Assembly: GCA_012295275.1 (NCBI GenBank)
Contig: CM022668.1
Span: forward strand, 15,252,001-15,316,000
Reading direction: 5' to 3'
Length of the DNA stretch: 64,000 nt
Origin: Chrysomallon squamiferum
Lineage: Eukaryota; Animalia; Mollusca
A program made the translations under genes and the position numbers. Below the pieces are notes generated by a model that did not search any database, was not told the origin of the DNA, and saw only the letters and a program-made list of their open reading frames with translations. How positions within the stretch are numbered: the stretch's first letter is position 1; every line of letters begins with the position of its first letter. Positions 56,541-64,000 of this stretch are shown here, piece by piece.

Positions 56541-56770
56541 CGCACACACACACACACACACACATACACACATGTACGTATGCATGTGTGTATCTTGCAA
56601 TCACAGTATATACTGGCAAGAAAGGATGACAACATAAATGGCCGGATGCAAAAAAAGAAACACACAAAACAAAACAAGGGACAATTCTGATCTTCACGTT
56701 AGATAAAACTGATGTTTTAAAAAAGAAACCAGTTATTCCCTGCCTGTGTCTGTCTGTCTGTCTGTCTGTA

Positions 56771-56817
<47 letters not shown>

Positions 56818-56847
56818 ATATATCTATATATCTATTTATATCTATTA

Positions 56848-56885
<38 letters not shown>

Positions 56886-56888
56886 ATA

Positions 56889-56924
<36 letters not shown>

Positions 56925-57689
56925 TGTATATGCACACACATACATACACACACACACTTCCATCGCTACCACTTCTGTTATGATTATCACTGCCAACATC
57001 ATCTCCGAATTTTGTTAATAATAATGAACATTATCTTTAGTAAATACCGCTGCAGTCGTTAATGTTGTAGTAGAACATCAGTTTTAGTAATAGTGATGTA
57101 TAAAACTGCATTAATGGTAGTTTATATATGTGTATATATATATGTGTGTTTATGTGTGTATATGTGTGTGTGTATGTATGTGTGTATTTATATGTATGTG
57201 TGCATATGTATATATATATGTGTGTGTATGTATGTTTGTGTGCGTATGTGCGTGTGTGTGTGTACATGCACACAAGCATGCACGCACGCACGCACAGTGT
57301 TAATTATGACATTACCTTTTTCTTTTAAATCGATGAAATATTTTTTCTTCTAAATTTTTTTATTTCCTTGTATTTTTAATTCCTAATAATTAATTAACAG
57401 TTAATGACCAAACATTCTTTAAATTATACATAATCAGTTTTCATTCAAATGCTTTTTTCCTTTAATTTTGTTAATGAAATCGAGGCAATTTTGTATCATT
57501 CTGTGTCATCATGCAAACAGACTTTTGAAACACATATTTATTATTAAGATGATGATGGTGATGATAATTATAGTATCATCGTCATCGTCATCTTCAAAAC
57601 CAAAAAAATAATCGTCATAATAATCATCATTATCAGCATCACCAACACCATAATCATCATAACCAATATTATCATCATTACTTTTACTA

Positions 57690-57723
57690 TTATTGTTACT
57701 GTTATTATCATTGTTGTTATTAC

Positions 57724-57769
<46 letters not shown>

Positions 57770-57788
57770 GTTGTTATTATTATTATTA

Positions 57789-57835
<47 letters not shown>

Positions 57836-57875
57836 GTTACTGTTGTTATTATTATTATTATCATTATTATTATTA

Positions 57876-57925
<50 letters not shown>
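57690..57925. repeat. (TTA)n microsatellite, degenerate
   Basis: Directly visible. Confidence 0.95.
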
Positions 57926-57927
<2 letters not shown>

Positions 57928-59347
57928 ATTTGTTTAAATTTTAAAAATGCTATTACTAAGTTATTTAATTTCATCATTTAAACTATCGGAAATATATTAT
58001 CAACGACACTGACGTTTCATAATTTAAAAATATATAATTACTAGGTATATTCCTTTGCATTATTTTCCACATTTCCATTCACAATAAATGTAAAAGAAAA
58101 ATCATTAAATTATACACTTTGATTCAGAAAATAATTAAGTTATCACTATAATTTCAAAATATTAATTTACGTAAAAACGATAACTTTTTCAACGGTTTGA
58201 AAATTTTGACTTAGAGAAATAAAATCATTATTTTAATTCACACAAACATTTAGACGAGTTATTTCATTACCTCATATTTTACTTAACTTCAGAAAATGCT
58301 AAATAATTTCAAAAATGTTTTAATAGAAAGCAACCTCAAATCCTGACTGATTTCAAGAAAAAACAAACAAATTAAAATCATTTTTACTTCTGTATTTTTT
58401 TTTTTTTTTTTGTTTAAATACATAGTGATTTCGAATATTTTAATTTGCGAAAAACAAAAAAATTCGTTTTAAATCTGTGAGAAAGAATTGGAGATATAAT
58501 TATATTTTAATTAAAGTTTACAGTAAATATTGATAACAGTTTGAAATAAATTATTTAATTTTGTACATATAAGTGCAAACATATTTCGTCTTAGAAAAGA
58601 AATGTTTGAAAAGTTTTAATTTGAACGAATTAAGTCTATAATAAATTTAGAAATCATTTAACCCAAAAATTTAAATATTCGGAATATCGCTATATATTTT
58701 ATTTTTTATAAAAAAAAATTTACATAATGTTTTGCCTTCTTATGTTTTAATTTTAGCGCCAAAAATATTTACGTTTTGCCTGTTTCTTAAACACAATATG
58801 ATCGATTTTATATGTTTCAGTTCTCCAGTTTCTTAATAAAGAAATGTCTTAATGTGATTAATTTTCCACAATTTCTTTTAAAATAATTTGATTACATTAT
58901 TTGTTAGTTCAGACGTAGGATCATTTCAAAGACTTCTTCAAGTATTCTTTAATGATTGTTTTTTATTCAATGATAAATAATTTAAATCGTGAAAGAGCTA
59001 AATTATTGTTTGTGGTTTTTCGTTGTTTCTTTTTTTTTTTTGTTGTTGTTATTGTTATTGTTGTTTGTTTAATAAATAATTTCCCCTTGTATTTCTCTTG
59101 TGTGTCTGTGTTTCTCTTGCGTGTGTATGTGTGTGTATGTGTATATTTTTACATACATATATTTTTATGAATCCATGTACACGATCTCAATTTTACACAT
59201 CATCTGTCTGCATATATGTGGGGATTTTTTATTTGTAATATTAAATTTATATGATATTTGATATGTACCTATTACAACATACTTTTATATCCATCTGTCT
59301 ATCTGTCTATCTATCTATATATCTATCTATCTACCTATCTATCTATC

Positions 59348-59378
<31 letters not shown>

Positions 59379-59642
59379 CTATATTATATATAAGCATGCA
59401 TCCCTAAACACATGAAGGTGAAATAAAAAAAAAAAATGCGCAGATGGTTAAGGAAATCACGAAGAATGACTTACGACAGTTCTCAACAATAAAGCAATCA
59501 ATTTCAGCGTGGAAATAATCACATTAATACACAACGATAATCTTTGTAGGAAGTCAAGGTCATTGCACGGATGTTCATTTTTTTTTTTTTTTTTTTTTTC
59601 CCTCCCTCATTTATTTATTTATTTATTTATTTATTATTATTA

Positions 59643-59687
<45 letters not shown>

Positions 59688-60360
59688 GTTCAGTAAATTT
59701 CCACTGCTCGCGGATGGATAATTTGTTTGTTTCACCTCCACCAGGAAGAAAAATATAATAATTTACTTGTTTTTCAGTGCACGTGAACACTAGCGTCCGC
59801 TAATTAGGCTCTCATTAATTTTCATAAAACATTCAGCCTTAGAGGAGAGTTCAGCACAATTTACCTGGCGTAACGATCTGTTCACAGGTGTGAAAGGCAT
59901 GCACGCGCGATGCTGCATTCCGTCTTTGATCTCGCCCCACCTGAGCCAGGTAAATGTCGATTTCTTTCTATTGTTTTCCAGGTGAAAGAACTAAGTAATG
60001 ATCTCGTTGGCCCGTTTATTCAGTAAAAATTGAAAATTGCTTTCCACGCATGAGATAATTATTTTTTTTATTTTTTTTTTTTTTTTTTTTTTTTTTATTA
60101 TTTTTATTTTTTTTTTTATTTTTTTTTTTTATTATTTTTTTTTTTATTTTTTATTTATTTTTTTTTTTATTTATTATTATTGTTTTATTTTACAATTGTT
60201 TGTTTATTTATTTATTAATTTTTATTTATTTATTTATTTAATTATTATTATTATTATTATTATATTATTATTCTTCTTCTTATTATTATTATATTATTAT
60301 TATTATTATTATTATTATTTTTCTATTATTACTATTATAATTATTATTCTATTATTATTC

Positions 60361-60398
<38 letters not shown>

Positions 60399-62023
60399 TA
60401 TTTTTTAATCTTTCTCAATTGGTTTAATAAGGTATTGATTCCATATTTTTTTTTCACTTCCTCTCTTTTGGCAAAGAAATTCTATAACATGCCACGAAAA
60501 GAAATCATTAATTGCAAAGCACTTGAAACTGTTTTCAAAAGGACAAAAAAGAGTCAATCTAATCAACTTTCGAGTTTAAAATCAGGAAGAAAATAAATTC
60601 AGAAAAATAAACAAACAAAAAGAAAAGAAAAGAAACTGGTATATTTTTAATTTTTAATTTTTAATTTTATTATTTTCTTTTTAAAATAAAAATTGTTGAT
60701 TTTTATTCTTTCTTTTTTTTTTTTTTTTTATTTTTTATTTGTTTATTTATTTACTTACTTACTTTGTTTGTTTGTTTTTCGTCTTGTTTATGTTGTTGTT
60801 GTTGTTGTTGTTGTTGTTATTATTATTATTTATATTTATATCATTATCAATTTCATTATTGTTGTATTAGTAACATTATCATCATCAATATCATGATCAT
60901 TATTATTACGCTAAGGAAATCTTGCATAAGACTAAAAATCTAAAACTGTTAATATTTTTCAAACTAATTTTTGAAATATCATTAATGTAAATAAATGACA
61001 GTGAATCCAAAATCACATTATTATAAAAACAAAATCTAAATATACTAGAGGGTTTAATAAATAAATAAAATAATAATTTCGTATAAAATAACTTTAAAAA
61101 ACAAAACTGATTTCCAAGGAATTATTTTAGGAGTCTTACATCTATGAACATAGTTTTTTTTTATTCATAATTTAAAACATGATAAAAGTGTTTTGAAATT
61201 AATAGTTTATTTTGTGTGAATAATCAGTTTCACAGAAAGTAAAATATATACATGTTTTGATACTAAGTTGTTTTTTTTTTTTGTTTGTTTTTTTGTTTTT
61301 TTATATTTTTATTTTGTTGTTTTGTTTTACATTTTGTTATACAAAAATTAAGTTAAAGCTTATTGTATTGGGACATTAAAATATTAATAACAGTGATTCT
61401 TAATTTAGAAATGAAAACGAAAAGAAAACTAATTAAGTATAATACATTAAAAACACAAATAAAATTAAATTAAATTAAAAAACAGTAAGCTTGTAATATT
61501 ATTTTCAAATATTTGTTCTAATTATTTGTTTTGGTCTTTTTATTTGGGGGGGGGGCCGGCTTCAACTAACAGAATATTTAAAATATCTGATTAACGATAT
61601 ACTCTAAATGAGAATAAAAATAACCAACAAATTATATATATATACAATACAGCACTTGACAAAAATTTGTAAGTGTACCTTTGGCAGGACCTCTGAGTTA
61701 CTGTTTTGGGAGATCTGTCATTACAACAAAATACAACAAGGAAACAATATTGTCACAAAACATCTAAATACTCCATTTTTAAACCTTAAATTAAACTAAA
61801 TAAATAACTAAGAAGAAGCAGAAGTTGATGAAGAAATATATTAAAATGTTTTGTTTGTGTGTTTGTTTGTTTGTTTATAGAAGAGTTGTAAGACAAATAA
61901 ATAGGTACGAAACTGAGATTTCTTCATACCAACATACATCGTTCGTTCTTTATTTATTTCTTGTTACTTATTTAGTTATTTATTTATTTATTTATTTATT
62001 TATTTTTTATTTATTTAATGAAT

Positions 62024-62059
<36 letters not shown>

Positions 62060-62498
62060 TTAATGAATTTATTTATTTATTTATTTACTTATTTATTTAC
62101 TTACTTAATTACTTGTTTACTTACATATTTATTTATTTATTTATTGTTTGTTTGTTTGTTTGTTTGTTTGTTTGGTTTTGGTTTCTTTTTTTTTTTTTTT
62201 TTTTTTGTTTTGTTTGGTTGGTTGGTTGATTGGCTGTTTCGTTCTTTACTTTTTTTATTCATTCACTTAATTAGCTGTTATTAAAATGATTTAATCTGTC
62301 ATTGTCTAAATATATTTATCACTAAGATAAAAGTAATTTCATCCACCTTTCAGTTCCTTTTTTACCTTTTCTTTTTCAACTTCAATTTATTTTCATCATT
62401 ATATTTGAAATTTTCTTACAATTTGTTTTGTTATTTTTTACTATTTTTCTTTGTTCAAATTTTATATACGTTTATATTTTCCTATGTAAAAACAATAC

Positions 62499-62531
<33 letters not shown>

Positions 62532-62914
62532 TACACACATACTTTTTAATTTTATTTCATTTAACCTTTCATTATTTTGGTTCAATTTTAATTTATGTAT
62601 ATAATTAAATATATTCAGTTTGCTTTTATTTTTTTAGTATTATTTACGATATTTGTATATTTCTCTTTGACTTTTTCACAATTGTGACATATACAACATA
62701 TTAAAAATATTGATAAATATCTTTGTTACTTAACTCTGAAATGCAAATTACTATGTGCTCTATTTAGTTTATGCAAATCGTGACAGGAATATAACTGAGA
62801 AAATTAAATGAAATTAATTAAAATATACATCATTTTGTCATTTTGTTGTCATTTTAAATACTCTTTTTTTCTTTTATTACTTTATATTTATTTTCCATCT
62901 GTAGCTAAAACAAA

Positions 62915-63545
62915 CATACACATACATACAGACAGACAAATGTATACATACATACATACTTACATATATACATATATATATATGTATGTATGTATAATAT
63001 ATATATACACACACAGTTCACACAAACACTATCGATTTCACATACACACAATAACAAACGTATACATACAGGCATACATGCATGCACACATACATACATA
63101 CATACATACTTAATACTATATGCATACATACATGCATATATATATACGAGGGTACCTACGTACCTATCTATCATATTATTTACATATTCATATATGCATA
63201 TTTACATATATACGTAAATACGTATTCACACATGCATATATATTTGCATATATACATATTTATATATGTATACTTATATATATATATATATATATTTACG
63301 CACTACATACACACACACATACATATATAAAAACAAAGAGACATATACTCACGCGCACACACACACTCTCAAACACGCACATACAGAGTTGTATAGGTAA
63401 GCTTACATGCAGCGTTTGAACGGGAGCCTTCTGTTCGAGTCTGAGTCCAGAATATATTGATACACACATACAACAGCATAACATCCATTTCCAAACACAC
63501 ACACACATACAAAACACGTGCACACATACCTACATACATGTATAC
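62915..63545. repeat. Degenerate (CA)/(TA)/(CATA) low-complexity tract
   Basis: Directly visible alternating purine-pyrimidine sequence. Confidence 0.88.
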
Positions 63546-63890
63546 TCGCGTACATTTTATATCAGAGATCTAGGCGTGCATCTTTTTTTTCTTCTTCTTC
63601 TTTTTTTCTTTTTTGTTGTTGTTGTATCTGTTTTAATCTGTTTTATTTATTTATTTATTTATTTATTTTATACAGCTTTTATTTTACTTTCTAATTTATT
63701 TATTTTACTTTTAGCAAATAATAATTAAATATTTAAAATGACACTTTTAATTATTCAGTACAATCAGACCTATACTCAGTACGTGAAAGAAAATAATAAA
63801 ACAATTTCTGATTTTCTGTTGATATTAAAATCCTTTTTTATTCGACAAATTTCACTCGCTAGGAAGATGTTTTCACATCGCTTGAGCATC

Positions 63891-63921
<31 letters not shown>

Positions 63922-64000
63922 AAAAGAAAAGAAAAGAAAGAAAGAATAACTGAATCTTTCAGTTTTCAGTTTCATTGTATTTTCATGTTTTTTTTTTTTT

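Overview
AT-rich animal genomic DNA, very dense in microsatellites and homopolymer runs. It is probably lophotrochozoan, possibly a mollusc; this is inference only. One protein-coding gene is clearly supported: an Sp6-9 (Sp8/Sp9, D-Sp1-like) C2H2 zinc-finger transcription factor on the + strand. Its large terminal coding exon spans 31081-32388 and carries the Sp box, Buttonhead box and three Sp-type zinc fingers. A short upstream first exon is expected but cannot be located with confidence. The remaining ~62 kb is a gene desert of simple repeats, interrupted by about 20 short unique, CpG-rich islands. These islands carry clustered candidate sites (CTCF, TCF/LEF, CRE/ATF, Sp/KLF, posterior-Hox/Cdx, nuclear-receptor DR1, CAGGTR boxes), so the window reads best as the cis-regulatory landscape of a developmental gene. 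Also present are a 31-bp minisatellite nested in an older satellite, a few local tandem duplications and a decayed SINE-like fragment. Nearly all other ORFs in the track are microsatellite artefacts. I found no convincing new multi-gene system. The best leads are regulatory architecture and unusual substitutions in the Sp protein. All motif calls were made by eye and are unvalidated.
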